This document shows positions 37,134 through 46,499 of a DNA stretch of 64,000 nucleotides, piece after piece. Each line of letters opens with the position of its first letter. Within the stretch, counting starts at the first letter, position 1. The notes under the pieces are model-generated. The model ran no database searches, had not been told where the DNA came from, and worked only from the letters and a program-made list of their open reading frames with translations. The stretch lies in contig CAZJFE010000001.1 in the NCBI GenBank assembly GCA_964545345.1, positions 15,360 through 79,359 on the forward strand. The letters are read 5' to 3'. Source of the stretch: an uncultured Candidatus Saccharibacteria bacterium. GTDB lineage: Bacteria; Patescibacteriota; Minisyncoccia; UBA6257; WO2-44-18. Made by a program: the position numbers and the translations under genes.

Positions 37134-38342
37134 ATGAAAGATAAAATCCTCTCAAATCTGCTTAAAAACGAGCTTCAAAGGCAGAAAGACACGCTTAATC
37201 TTATCCCATCAGAAAACTATGTTTCTTCGGATATTTTATCAATTTTAGGCTCCCCATTAACGAACAAATACTCCGAGGGTTATCCGGGTAAACGCTATTA
37301 TCCGGGAAACCAGTTTTATGATGAAATTGAGAGGTTGGCGCAAAACCGGGCTTTGAAATTTTTTGGTCTCAAGCCAACCGAATGGCGGGCTAACGTCCAA
37401 CCCTATTCCGGTTCTCCGGCGAATCTGGCCATCTATTCTGCTTTGTTGGAAAAAGATGATGTTATTTTGAGTCTCCGCTTGGACGCGGGCGGTCATTTGA
37501 GTCACGGCCACAAAGTTAGCGCCTCGGGGAAATTTTTCAAAGTGGTTCATTATGGGGTGGGCGATGATGGCTTAGTTGATTATGAGCGCTTGGCGGAACT
37601 TGCCAGAGAAAGCAACGCTAAAATTATCGTTTCTGGTTTTACCGCCTATCCTCGGAAGGTAGATTTTTCAAAAATAGGGAAAATCGCGACTTCTGTGGGC
37701 GCCTATCATTTGGCCGACATTTCTCATATTGCCGGTCTAGTTGGGGCTGGTCTTCATCCATCACCTTTCGCGCACAGCGATGTGGTAATGACTACTACCC
37801 ACAAGACTTTACGTGGCCCCCGCGGAGCGGTCATTTTTTCTCGCTCAGAGTTAGCCGATCGTATTGATCGGGCGGTATTTCCGGGAATGCAGGGTGGGCC
37901 GCACAACAATGTGATCGCGGCCAAAGCGTTGATGTTTTTTGAGGATTCCACTTCTGCTTTCAAAAAATATCAGCAGCAGATTGTAAAAAACGCGACTGTA
38001 TTAGCCAAAGGATTAACCGGTAAGGGTTTTGATCTGTTGACCGGCGGAACGGACACCCATCTGATGCTTATTAATTTAAAGCCGGTGGGTCTAACCGGAA
38101 TGGAGGCGGAAAAGATTTTGGAAAAAAATAATATAAACGCGAACCGTAATTCCTTACCCGGTGATCCGTCGCCGTTCAACCCAACCGGTATCCGCATCGG
38201 CATTCCGGCGGCTACTACCCGGGGGATGAAGGAAAAAGAGATGGCTAAAGTTGCCGAGTTGATTCATCGGGCGCTGGTTAAAAAAGAGAATGTTTTGAAA
38301 GAAGTCGTGGCCCTTTGCAAAAAATTTCCTCTGCCTTACTAA
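37134..38342 (+). CDS. glyA: Serine hydroxymethyltransferase
   Basis: PLP-Lys motif TTTHKTLRGPRGA, 402 aa. Confidence 0.95.
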   Translation: MKDKILSNLLKNELQRQKDTLNLIPSENYVSSDILSILGSPLTNKYSEGYPGKRYYPGNQFYDEIERLAQNRALKFFGLKPTEWRANVQPYSGSPANLAIYSALLEKDDVILSLRLDAGGHLSHGHKVSASGKFFKVVHYGVGDDGLVDYERLAELARESNAKIIVSGFTAYPRKVDFSKIGKIATSVGAYHLADISHIAGLVGAGLHPSPFAHSDVVMTTTHKTLRGPRGAVIFSRSELADRIDRAVFPGMQGGPHNNVIAAKALMFFEDSTSAFKKYQQQIVKNATVLAKGLTGKGFDLLTGGTDTHLMLINLKPVGLTGMEAEKILEKNNINANRNSLPGDPSPFNPTGIRIGIPAATTRGMKEKEMAKVAELIHRALVKKENVLKEVVALCKKFPLPY

Positions 38343-38345
38343 CTT

Positions 38346-39128
38346 ATGGTTATTGATGGGAAAAAAATAGCTGGGCAAATTATCGCCGAGCTGAAGAAGC
38401 AGTTGGCGCCGCAAAAAGAGCTGGCGGCGATTTTAGTTGGCGAAAACCCCGCCTCGGCTAGTTTTTTGCGGCAAAAGGAAAAGATCGCGAAAGATTTGGG
38501 AGTTAATTTTCAGCTCCACAATTTGAGAGCCGACTTATCCCAAGGTGAACTGATTGTTGAGTTGGGTAAGTTGATTTCCAGTGATCAGGTCGGCGGATTC
38601 ATTTTGCAATTGCCTTTGCCGGAAAAATACGACCGTGACGAGGTTTTGGCAGCTTTGCCCTCAGAAAAAGATGTTGACGCGCTCACCGGCAGAGGAAAAG
38701 CGGTGCCGCCGGCAGTTTTAGCGGTGCAAGATGTTTTAAAAGAAGTTCGTTTTTCTTTAGCCGACAAAGTGGTTGGGGTTGTGGGCCGGGGTTTACTGGT
38801 TGGTCGACCAATTGCCGAGTGGCTTAGCGGTCAATGCCGGGAAGTAATCATTTTTCACACCAAAACCGATTTGAGTCGGATTGCCGATTGCGATCTGGTG
38901 ATTTCCGGAGCCGGCAAGGCCGGTTTAATTAAACCGGATATGCTCAAGCCAGGCGCTGGATTGATTGATTTCGGTTTTGACATGGTTGACGGCAAAGTTC
39001 GCGGCGATTTTGATCCAGCGTCGTTAGTCGTTAGTCGTTCGTCAGTCAGTTTTTACACTCCCACCCCAGGCGGCACCGGGCCTATTCTGGTTGCCGAATT
39101 GTTCAAAAATTTCTATACTCTTAACTAA
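38346..39128 (+). CDS. folD: Bifunctional methylene-THF dehydrogenase/methenyl-THF cyclohydrolase
   Basis: IDGKKIA...ILVGENPASASFLRQKEKIAKDLG, VVGRGLLVGRPIAEWL, PTPGGTGPILVAELFKNFY. Confidence 0.9.
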   Translation: MVIDGKKIAGQIIAELKKQLAPQKELAAILVGENPASASFLRQKEKIAKDLGVNFQLHNLRADLSQGELIVELGKLISSDQVGGFILQLPLPEKYDRDEVLAALPSEKDVDALTGRGKAVPPAVLAVQDVLKEVRFSLADKVVGVVGRGLLVGRPIAEWLSGQCREVIIFHTKTDLSRIADCDLVISGAGKAGLIKPDMLKPGAGLIDFGFDMVDGKVRGDFDPASLVVSRSSVSFYTPTPGGTGPILVAELFKNFYTLN

Positions 39129-39817
39129 TGGAGTATCTTACGCCCGAGGAAATTAAGGCCAATAAAGAGGGCCTACAGGGCAAGTTTAAGCTTAAAACGA
39201 CTCAACACCCAGGGACTATTAAGGGGCGTTGCAGGGGCATCTTTCTTGACGCTGTCGGTGATAAGAATACGAAGATTTTGGATTTCGGGGTTGGTTCCGG
39301 GGCGTTCCTTAAGTCAATCCAAGAAAGTGGTTATCAGCATCTCTATGGTTGTGACATTGATGACTATCTCGCTCCGGAAGTGAAGCCGCTGATAAAAGAA
39401 TTTAAAACTTTTGACGCTAGCTTTGGAAAATTTCCTTGGCCGGACCAATCTTTTGATGTTGTAACCGCTTGGGAGGTTTTTGAGCACTTAGAGAATCCGC
39501 ATCAGGCGCTTCGGGAGGTGGATAGAATCCTAAAACCGAAAGGATTACTGGTGATGTCCCTGCCGAATATTTTTCATATTATTTCCCGGTTAATTTTCCT
39601 GAAGCGCGGTCTTTTCCCGCGCTGGAACGAAACCAACAATCATATTTCCATGTTCCCGCACGGAATTTTTGAAAAAACTTTCCTGAAGTACTTCAATTTG
39701 GAGAAAGAAGGATATGTTTTTTCTAAAATCAATCTCCCTCTTTTGAGTTCTATCAAATGGTTGCCTGAAAACCAGTGGTTTGGTAATTGGGTGTACTACG
39801 TTCTTAGAAAAAAGTAA
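39128..39817 (+). CDS. Class I SAM-dependent methyltransferase (paralog of 36213-36977)
   Basis: ILDFGVGSGAF; FDVVTAWEVFEHLENP; aligns along its length with the minus-strand paralog. Confidence 0.75.
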   Translation: MEYLTPEEIKANKEGLQGKFKLKTTQHPGTIKGRCRGIFLDAVGDKNTKILDFGVGSGAFLKSIQESGYQHLYGCDIDDYLAPEVKPLIKEFKTFDASFGKFPWPDQSFDVVTAWEVFEHLENPHQALREVDRILKPKGLLVMSLPNIFHIISRLIFLKRGLFPRWNETNNHISMFPHGIFEKTFLKYFNLEKEGYVFSKINLPLLSSIKWLPENQWFGNWVYYVLRKK

Positions 39818-40860
39818 TGAAGATATTTTTTCTCAATCACGATCTAAGCCCATACACCGGCGCTGGGCGATTTTTTATTTTTCTAACCTCAACCCTGAAA
39901 CATTTGCTTCCCGACCTTTCTATTAAGGTCGCCACTTCAGAAGATTTGATTTCTATAAACAAAATAAAATTGCTTTGGAATACTCCGAAGATTTTGAGCA
40001 TAGCCAAAGGTTCCGACCTGATTCATGCGTTGGACGGCTGGCCATATGGTTTTTTGGCGGCGATCTGCGCCCGGTTATTGCGTAAGAGATTGATAATCAC
40101 GGCAGTCGGGACCGGTGGCGTGAAGCCGTTGTATAACTTCTGGCAGCGCCCTTTGTTGAAATGGGCCTACCGACGAGCTGATAGATTAGTAGCTGTGAGC
40201 CGCCACACGCGGGACGAAATCTTTAAAGTGATTCCAGGTTTGAATATTGAGGTGATTAACCACGGAGTGGATGCAACCAAGTTCAACTCGTTAGTTGCAA
40301 GTGGTGAGTCGTTAGTTCCTCGTCCTTATATTTTAAGTGTTGGCGCTTGGAAGCGGCGTAAGGGCTTTGAGTATTCAATCGCCGCATTTGATTTGCTGAA
40401 ACAGCAGCGTCCAAATCTTAGATACGTTATTTTATGCAATCCCCCGGCCGGGATTAAGGAAAGATATCCTCAAGTTTCATTCGTCGGCGGATTTTCGGAG
40501 AGCGCCTTGGCCGCCTTATACAAAAATGCCGAGCTATTCATTTTATTGCCTCAAGATGATAATAAAGATATAGAAGGATTTGGCCTTATTTACCTTGAAG
40601 CCGCCGCCGCTGGGCTACCGGTGATCGGGGCGAAGAGTACCAGCGCCGAGGATGCGGTTTTGAATGGCAAGAACGGAATCTTAGTAGACGGTCAGAATCC
40701 ACGGGAGGCCGTCGCGGCGATGGAGAAGATATTGAGCAATTCAGAGTTGCGGACTCAGATGAGTAGGGAATCTGTAGAGTTTGCGAAAACTATGACTTGG
40801 GAAAAAGCCGCGCAAGCATATTCCAACATATACCATGAACTTCAAAGTAGAAACTCTTAA
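39817..40860 (+). CDS. Glycosyltransferase family 4
   Basis: EGFGLIYLEAAAAGLPVIGAKSTSAEDAV. Confidence 0.8.
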   Translation: MKIFFLNHDLSPYTGAGRFFIFLTSTLKHLLPDLSIKVATSEDLISINKIKLLWNTPKILSIAKGSDLIHALDGWPYGFLAAICARLLRKRLIITAVGTGGVKPLYNFWQRPLLKWAYRRADRLVAVSRHTRDEIFKVIPGLNIEVINHGVDATKFNSLVASGESLVPRPYILSVGAWKRRKGFEYSIAAFDLLKQQRPNLRYVILCNPPAGIKERYPQVSFVGGFSESALAALYKNAELFILLPQDDNKDIEGFGLIYLEAAAAGLPVIGAKSTSAEDAVLNGKNGILVDGQNPREAVAAMEKILSNSELRTQMSRESVEFAKTMTWEKAAQAYSNIYHELQSRNS

Positions 40861-41281
40861 AAAGGCAGACAAAAAATCTTTAGCGGAGATGAATAATCTT
40901 ACCGCTCAATTGAGTTTATCAGCGACCGCGCCTAAGCCGATGACTTTGGTGGAATTGAAACAGATGCTGGCGCAGAAAGATTTTTACCAACTGGTAATCC
41001 GCAGTAAGGGAGTGATCGTTGCCGGACTGAATGTCTATATGACCCGCATCCCGACGGGGCTGATTGCTGAAGCGGAGGACTTGGTAGTAGATGAGCCATA
41101 CCGAATGTGGGGGTTGGGCAGAATTTTAATGGAGAAAGCGATTGAGTTCGCAAAAAAGCACAAAGCCAAGCACATCAGTCACCGTACTAATCCGAAACGG
41201 CTGGATGCCAATAAGTTGTACCGGGCAATGGGTTTCAAGCAGATGGAAACCAATTTTTATCGGATCAATCTAAACTACTAA
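40835..41281 (+). CDS. GNAT-family N-acetyltransferase
   Basis: Acetyl-CoA loop RMWGLGRILMEKAIEFAKKHKAK and LYRAMGF; 148 aa. Confidence 0.65.
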   Translation: MNFKVETLKKADKKSLAEMNNLTAQLSLSATAPKPMTLVELKQMLAQKDFYQLVIRSKGVIVAGLNVYMTRIPTGLIAEAEDLVVDEPYRMWGLGRILMEKAIEFAKKHKAKHISHRTNPKRLDANKLYRAMGFKQMETNFYRINLNY

Positions 41282-42622
41282 ATGCGTACGATATTAATTT
41301 CCAGCTTCAACCCCTTTATCTCCCGCAATCTCTTCTGCGGGGATTTTTTGACCGGTTTGAAATCTACTCCGGACGCTAAAGTTATTTTGATAGTTCCGGA
41401 TTATAAGAAATATTTTTTTGAGAAAAATTTTGGGGGTGGCAATGTCTCCATTGAGGGAGTATTAGTTGCCTCTCCCAGCAGACGAGAAGTGCTTTTTAAG
41501 TATTTGGCGAGTTCATTAGTTTGGACCCGAACCATCTTTATTCATAAACGGGAGAAGTTAGCCAAGGATGGAAAGATTTTAAGATTTTTATCGGCCCTAT
41601 TTTTAATGGCCATTGGCGGTTTGCGAATACCGAGAATGATTTGCCGGGCCGTGGATTACCGGTTAGATAAACTGGAAAAGTTCCGGATGCTTATTGATAA
41701 GTATTCCCCGTCTCTAGTTTTCGCGACCGATGTTTTCAATGATGATGACGTTCGTTTATTGCACGCCGCTAGGCGCGCCAAGATTCAAACAGTTGGAATG
41801 ATTCGCTCCTGGGACAATGTCACCACCAAAGGACTTTTTAGAGCTAAGCCGGATAAGTTGGTAGTCCATAACGAAATTATCAAAAAAGAAGCAACCGGTT
41901 ATTGCGGTATGGGCGCGAAGGATGTTTCGGTCGTCGGCCTGCCCCAATTTGATGTGTATTTTAAAGGCGGGCATCAACCGCGAGAAGAGTTTTTCAAAAA
42001 AATCGGCTTGGATCCGAATAAAAAACTAATCATGTTCGCGCCTTTCGGGAATCGGTTTTGGGATTTGGATTGGCAGATTTTGGAGATCCTAAAAAAGACC
42101 GGTTATCAGATACTAGCGCGGATGACACCGCAGGATTTAGTGGATTTATCCAAATTTCAGCTAGCTCCGAATGTTTATATTGATTGGCCCGGTCAGCGAT
42201 TTCACGAAAATAAAGCTCGGGATGCCGAGTTGGGCCAGGAAGATTTACAATGGCTTTCCGACTCGCTCTATTATTCTGATCTGGTAGTTACTTGCGGGGC
42301 GACGCTGGGAATGGACGCGGCGGTTTTTGATAAGCCGGTAATCATGATTGGGTTTGATGGTCGGGAGAAGCGGTCGTATATCAGGAGTGTGGACCGATTT
42401 TTGAAATTCAATCATCCACAAATTGTTTATCGGACCGGTGGATTCAAGGTAGCCCGAAGTGAAGACGAACTTCATAAAATGATGGACGAATATCTAAAAA
42501 ATCCGGCCTTGGGTTGGGAAAATCGTCAAAAAATGATCCAGGAATTTTGTGTTTACTTAGACGGCAAGTGTGGAGAGCGCCTCGGACGTTTCATCTTATC
42601 TCAACTGAAACGAGAGAATTAA
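41282..42622 (+). CDS. Uncharacterised GT-B-like putative transferase, paralog 2 of 3 (RSWDNVTTKG; FDKPVIMIGFDG)
   Basis: Aligns along its length with 34880-36235. Confidence 0.5.
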   Translation: MRTILISSFNPFISRNLFCGDFLTGLKSTPDAKVILIVPDYKKYFFEKNFGGGNVSIEGVLVASPSRREVLFKYLASSLVWTRTIFIHKREKLAKDGKILRFLSALFLMAIGGLRIPRMICRAVDYRLDKLEKFRMLIDKYSPSLVFATDVFNDDDVRLLHAARRAKIQTVGMIRSWDNVTTKGLFRAKPDKLVVHNEIIKKEATGYCGMGAKDVSVVGLPQFDVYFKGGHQPREEFFKKIGLDPNKKLIMFAPFGNRFWDLDWQILEILKKTGYQILARMTPQDLVDLSKFQLAPNVYIDWPGQRFHENKARDAELGQEDLQWLSDSLYYSDLVVTCGATLGMDAAVFDKPVIMIGFDGREKRSYIRSVDRFLKFNHPQIVYRTGGFKVARSEDELHKMMDEYLKNPALGWENRQKMIQEFCVYLDGKCGERLGRFILSQLKREN

Positions 42623-42654
42623 CCTTCAAGGAACATCTCAGTTTTCCCAAAGCG

Positions 42655-42790
42655 GAGGCCACACTACTTTTGGGGGGTTGTCGGAGCGAAGCTAGCTTGG
42701 TTTCTGAATAGCTGAGCGAGACAGAGGGAGCCGGCTCGCCGGAAGCCGGCTACCCGTCCCCCAGAAGTAGTGTGGCTGAAGCGGGTTATT
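42655..42790. other. GC-rich nested inverted repeats between convergent genes (possible bidirectional terminator or small structured RNA)
   Basis: ggccacactacttttggggg pairs with cccccagaagtagtgtggc ~75 nt away; internal palindromes aagctagctt and gccggctcgccggaagccggc. Confidence 0.4.
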
Positions 42791-42820
42791 TTGTTTCCGC
42801 GAAGGTTAGTTACCGAGTCC

Positions 42821-43786
42821 TTATTGCGAGCGAGCTTGCTGCCACTCAATAGTCCTCTTTAGCCCTTCTTCAAATTTGATTTTCGGATCATAACCGAACC
42901 ATTCTTTGGCCTTAGAAACATCAGCGTGAGTATGTTTCACGTCTCCCAGGCGAGGCGGGCGCGATTCCAGACTCAGCTTCCTGCCGGTATGTCTTTCAAT
43001 TATTTCTCGAACTTCATTTAAAGCAGTGCGTTCGCCGTGCGCAACATTGAAAGCTTCTCCGGCAAACTTTTTGTCGGATTGCATGGCGAGGATATTGGCG
43101 GCGACAACATTGTCTACATAACAAAAGTCCCGTGATTGCGTGCCGTCTCCCTCTAAGAATCCCTTTTTCTTTTCCGGGAAATATAAAGCTTCTAACCAGC
43201 CGGCAATAACGGTTGAATATGGGGAATCGCCATATTGCCCCGGACCAAAAACGGTGAAGTAGCGCAACGCTACCGTGTCTAAGCCATAAAGATTACTGAA
43301 AACCTTACAGAATAATTCCCCGGTATATTTTTGAAGGGCGTAGGGAGATTTTGGGTCGCAGGGATTTTCCGATTCTTTGGTCGGCATTGTCAGCGCCCCG
43401 CCGTACACGGATGAGGAAGAGGAATACATTACTCGTTTCACTCCGTGATTTTTGGCGGCCTCCAGTACGGCTACCGTTCCGGTGATGTTTGCTTCGGTGG
43501 TCAGGGTCGGATTTTCCACTGAAAAAGAAACTCTGGGGACGGCGGCGAAATGGAAAACATATTCCGGTTTGTGGGTGGAAAAGATTTTTTCCAATAGAAC
43601 AGTATCGGTGATGGAGCCCTCATAGAATTTCATGCCTCCATCAATGGCGTCACGTCGGCCGGTGGCGAAATTATCTATTCCGATAATCTGGGTTTGCGGG
43701 AATTGATTTTTAAACTGGCGTACAAAATTACTGCCGATGAATCCGGCGGGTCCGGTAACTAGAATAGTCCTAGGGTTATTAGTCAT
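42821..43786 (-). CDS. NAD-dependent sugar epimerase/dehydratase (extended SDR; UDP-hexose 4-epimerase or UDP-glucuronate decarboxylase-like)
   Basis: ILVTGPAGFIGSNF Rossmann motif; catalytic SPYALQKY (YxxxK); 321 aa. Confidence 0.8.
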   Translation of the reverse strand: MTNNPRTILVTGPAGFIGSNFVRQFKNQFPQTQIIGIDNFATGRRDAIDGGMKFYEGSITDTVLLEKIFSTHKPEYVFHFAAVPRVSFSVENPTLTTEANITGTVAVLEAAKNHGVKRVMYSSSSSVYGGALTMPTKESENPCDPKSPYALQKYTGELFCKVFSNLYGLDTVALRYFTVFGPGQYGDSPYSTVIAGWLEALYFPEKKKGFLEGDGTQSRDFCYVDNVVAANILAMQSDKKFAGEAFNVAHGERTALNEVREIIERHTGRKLSLESRPPRLGDVKHTHADVSKAKEWFGYDPKIKFEEGLKRTIEWQQARSQ

Positions 43787-45690
43787 TAGTTATTAGTCCG
43801 AAGGATTTTGTAGATCAGGACGCCCTCGTTTTTGTAGACCAATCTTAGTCCGGGATCAGATGATAAATCAATAGCGCCCAGTTGCTTCTCCCAGGGGCCA
43901 AAATAGACATAATCAGCGTCGATATCTTCCCAGCTCGTCCTTAATTTCAGGTAATCTTGCGACAATTTGGTCATTCTCTCGGCGCGCGCTTCCTTTACGG
44001 AAGTTTTATCCCCACCGCTCATAAATTCGTTGTAGGTTCCATATTTGCTGGTGAAGTAATTGCCGTAGAGATGCCAGATGCTGTCATTTTGATTACTACC
44101 TTCATCGGGGAAGCAATCAAAGCCGGAGCAGGTCCTCGGGTAAGTCCCATAGAGACGGTTTTCAAAATTTACCGGGCTGACGCCAAAAAGCTTATGCGCA
44201 GACAAATATCTATTTTCCATTTCCTCCATCGGCATTGTGCTGGTGAAGCCGGTCGGCAGATAAGGACGCGCAGAAGTGTATGTGGTCAGATATAGAGCAT
44301 TCATCACAGAAGGGGTTATGACGCGCGGTTCGGGAGGAAGATTCTCGTTGATCCAGTCCCAGGATTTGGCGATGCCATTATCAAATTTGTAATAGTCCCA
44401 GAGGAATTGTTGTTGGTTGCGATAAATAGCGATCGGATTCGCGATCTTTTTGATAACCAAAACCGCGGACAAGGCGATTAGAGAAATCAGCAGAACCTTT
44501 CGCCATTTTTGTTTATGAGCCAACCGATTTAGTAGTTCAAATATCACTACGCCTAGAACTATAAACACAATTGGGCTTGCCACCTTATACCAGGTGTGTG
44601 GAACAGGAACGTAGCCAATTACTAATTGCACATTCCAGGCGATGAAGAATGCCGCGATCAGAGTTGTGAGAAATACCGCTTTGAGTCGATCAGTTTTCCG
44701 GTAGAGCCAGATCACTAAAGCAATCAATCCGGCATAGACTAGGTAATCCGGCCAGACCTGCGTTGCAAAAAACCTCCCCTGGGCGATCCCTAACCGGAAA
44801 GTGTAATCTTCCATATTTGGCAGCTGCGAAAAATCCCAATAGTTAACGAAATAGGGCAGAGCAAAGACGATCAGCGTGGTCCAGAAGATAATCAAAAGTT
44901 TCCACCGGTGGAGCCGTTCTATTTTCGTCACTAGGCAGTAGGTGGTTAACAATCCCAAGACGATCACCCAGTAAACCCAAAAATGGAAGTAGACGTAGAA
45001 TAGAGTTGAAGAAACGACGGCGGCGACCACGGCTGAAATTTTTGACGGCTTAGTCCAGAACCAATAAGTCGCGGCGACGGCGCCGAGAAGGAACGGCGTG
45101 GTCATCAAAGGGTTATCAATTAAATGAAATGGCAGTTTATCAAACTGGGTTTGGACTAATGGGATGAAGTTCTTCAGGAAAAATGCCGAAAAATCATTCC
45201 AGCCGGACCAATCATAGAACGGGAGCTTCAGTGGAATTGGCGTTAATACTCCAACAAGGCCAAAAAATACCGACCAGATTTTTGATTTGGTGAATAGCCA
45301 GCTGATTAAAACGAAAAGTATGAAGATCAGTGCCGGGAAGCGCAGTTGAAGCATTAGATAGGCCCGGTTGATGCTTCCGTGAAAAGAGTTTAGATATATG
45401 GAGAAGATTGTCGGCGGTAGTAAATTAGCAACTGTTGGTCCGTTCACGGTGGCTGATACATCTGAGGGCGGGAAGTGGCCATCATATATTTCCCGCGCGC
45501 GTGGTAGGTAATGGTAAAGGGAATTGCGGTAGGTTTTGAATTGAGCGAGCACGAAACGCTGCCCTTCATTAATAAAGTTTTTACGAATGGCAAGGGATGG
45601 AGCGACATAGAGTACGCCAACCAGCGCCGCGAGGCCAACCACGAGAAGTATGAACTTATAACTATAAACTTTGCTCAATATTTTTCGCAT
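43786..45690 (-). CDS. Large polytopic membrane protein with C-terminal extracytoplasmic domain (putative GT-C-type glycosyltransferase/polymerase; unassigned)
   Basis: 634 aa, >10 hydrophobic segments in N-terminal 400 aa, soluble C-terminal ~200 aa; glycan-island context. Confidence 0.4.
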   Translation of the reverse strand: MRKILSKVYSYKFILLVVGLAALVGVLYVAPSLAIRKNFINEGQRFVLAQFKTYRNSLYHYLPRAREIYDGHFPPSDVSATVNGPTVANLLPPTIFSIYLNSFHGSINRAYLMLQLRFPALIFILFVLISWLFTKSKIWSVFFGLVGVLTPIPLKLPFYDWSGWNDFSAFFLKNFIPLVQTQFDKLPFHLIDNPLMTTPFLLGAVAATYWFWTKPSKISAVVAAVVSSTLFYVYFHFWVYWVIVLGLLTTYCLVTKIERLHRWKLLIIFWTTLIVFALPYFVNYWDFSQLPNMEDYTFRLGIAQGRFFATQVWPDYLVYAGLIALVIWLYRKTDRLKAVFLTTLIAAFFIAWNVQLVIGYVPVPHTWYKVASPIVFIVLGVVIFELLNRLAHKQKWRKVLLISLIALSAVLVIKKIANPIAIYRNQQQFLWDYYKFDNGIAKSWDWINENLPPEPRVITPSVMNALYLTTYTSARPYLPTGFTSTMPMEEMENRYLSAHKLFGVSPVNFENRLYGTYPRTCSGFDCFPDEGSNQNDSIWHLYGNYFTSKYGTYNEFMSGGDKTSVKEARAERMTKLSQDYLKLRTSWEDIDADYVYFGPWEKQLGAIDLSSDPGLRLVYKNEGVLIYKILRTNN

Positions 45691-45779
45691 AAGTTTATTC
45701 TACCAATGCCTATTGCCTATTGCCTAATCCGTAGATTTCTGCTATAATCCTCGGCAGTTCTAACAAAAGGAGATCGGCC

Positions 45780-46451
45780 GTGGACAAGACTTCCGAAGGC
45801 AAACTGCTGGAGCTGGTGACTAGAATTTCTTCTGATCCCTTTCCGATTAAGGATCTGGTGCTATACCTAGTTGGTCAGACAGCAGACAATCAGTGGAGTG
45901 TGATTGGTCGAGCAGAAGAACTTTACGCTCGTCACTGGGGCTGTCTTCCAAAGATTTGCCTGGCAGAAAGTCAATTTCCACCCGAGAAAAGAAAGTACCC
46001 AAATTTCGCGGTTGATTGGAAGAACATCATGACGCGCAGAGGACTTCGCGTCGACTCGTTTACCACCTTCCGCTTTCCCGAAGGTCCTGTTGAGCATACC
46101 GGCACAGAGATGATGGGTTTGGTGGCTCACGCCAAGGAGCAGAGTTGGGAAGATGTTGTGTTGATCGCCACGCCCTGGCATCAGCTGCGCTCCTTCCTTT
46201 CGGCGGTGGCTGCCACGAAGAAGATCGGTTATCCATTGCGCCTCTGGAGTTGCCCCGGAAACGCCTTGTCTTGGACCGAGCAGTCGGTTCACTCCCAGGG
46301 CGTGCAGACCGGCTCTCGCGCTGATTTCATCCACGCCGAGTTGGACAAGGTCAAGGCCTATTCCGCCCGAGGTGACATCTCTACGATTGAGGAGGGCATT
46401 GAGTACCTCAACTGGCGAGACGCTCAGGGCTGGGAAGACGCCCCAAAATAA
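45780..46451 (+). CDS. DUF218 (YdcF/SanA/ElyC-like) protein; noticeably higher GC than neighbours; GTG start
   Basis: VVLIATPWHQLRSF resembles the DUF218 V-x-V-T-S-x-x-H-x-x-R motif; LVLYLVGQTAD resembles the N-terminal LG motif. Confidence 0.45.
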   Translation: MDKTSEGKLLELVTRISSDPFPIKDLVLYLVGQTADNQWSVIGRAEELYARHWGCLPKICLAESQFPPEKRKYPNFAVDWKNIMTRRGLRVDSFTTFRFPEGPVEHTGTEMMGLVAHAKEQSWEDVVLIATPWHQLRSFLSAVAATKKIGYPLRLWSCPGNALSWTEQSVHSQGVQTGSRADFIHAELDKVKAYSARGDISTIEEGIEYLNWRDAQGWEDAPK

Positions 46452-46458
46452 ACTAAAA

Positions 46459-46486
46459 GCCCGCTTTACCGCGGGCCTTTTTTGTT
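46459..46486 (+). terminator. Rho-independent terminator
   Basis: gcccgc-tttacc-gcgggc then cttttttgtttt. Confidence 0.7.
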
Positions 46487-46499
46487 TTAATATCTGTAC

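Noticed and set aside
42655-42790. Possible SRP (4.5S) RNA
   Set aside because: A terminal helix and a GGAA element are present, but the conserved domain-IV motif (GGUCCGGAAGGAAGCAGCC-like asymmetric loops) cannot be recovered.
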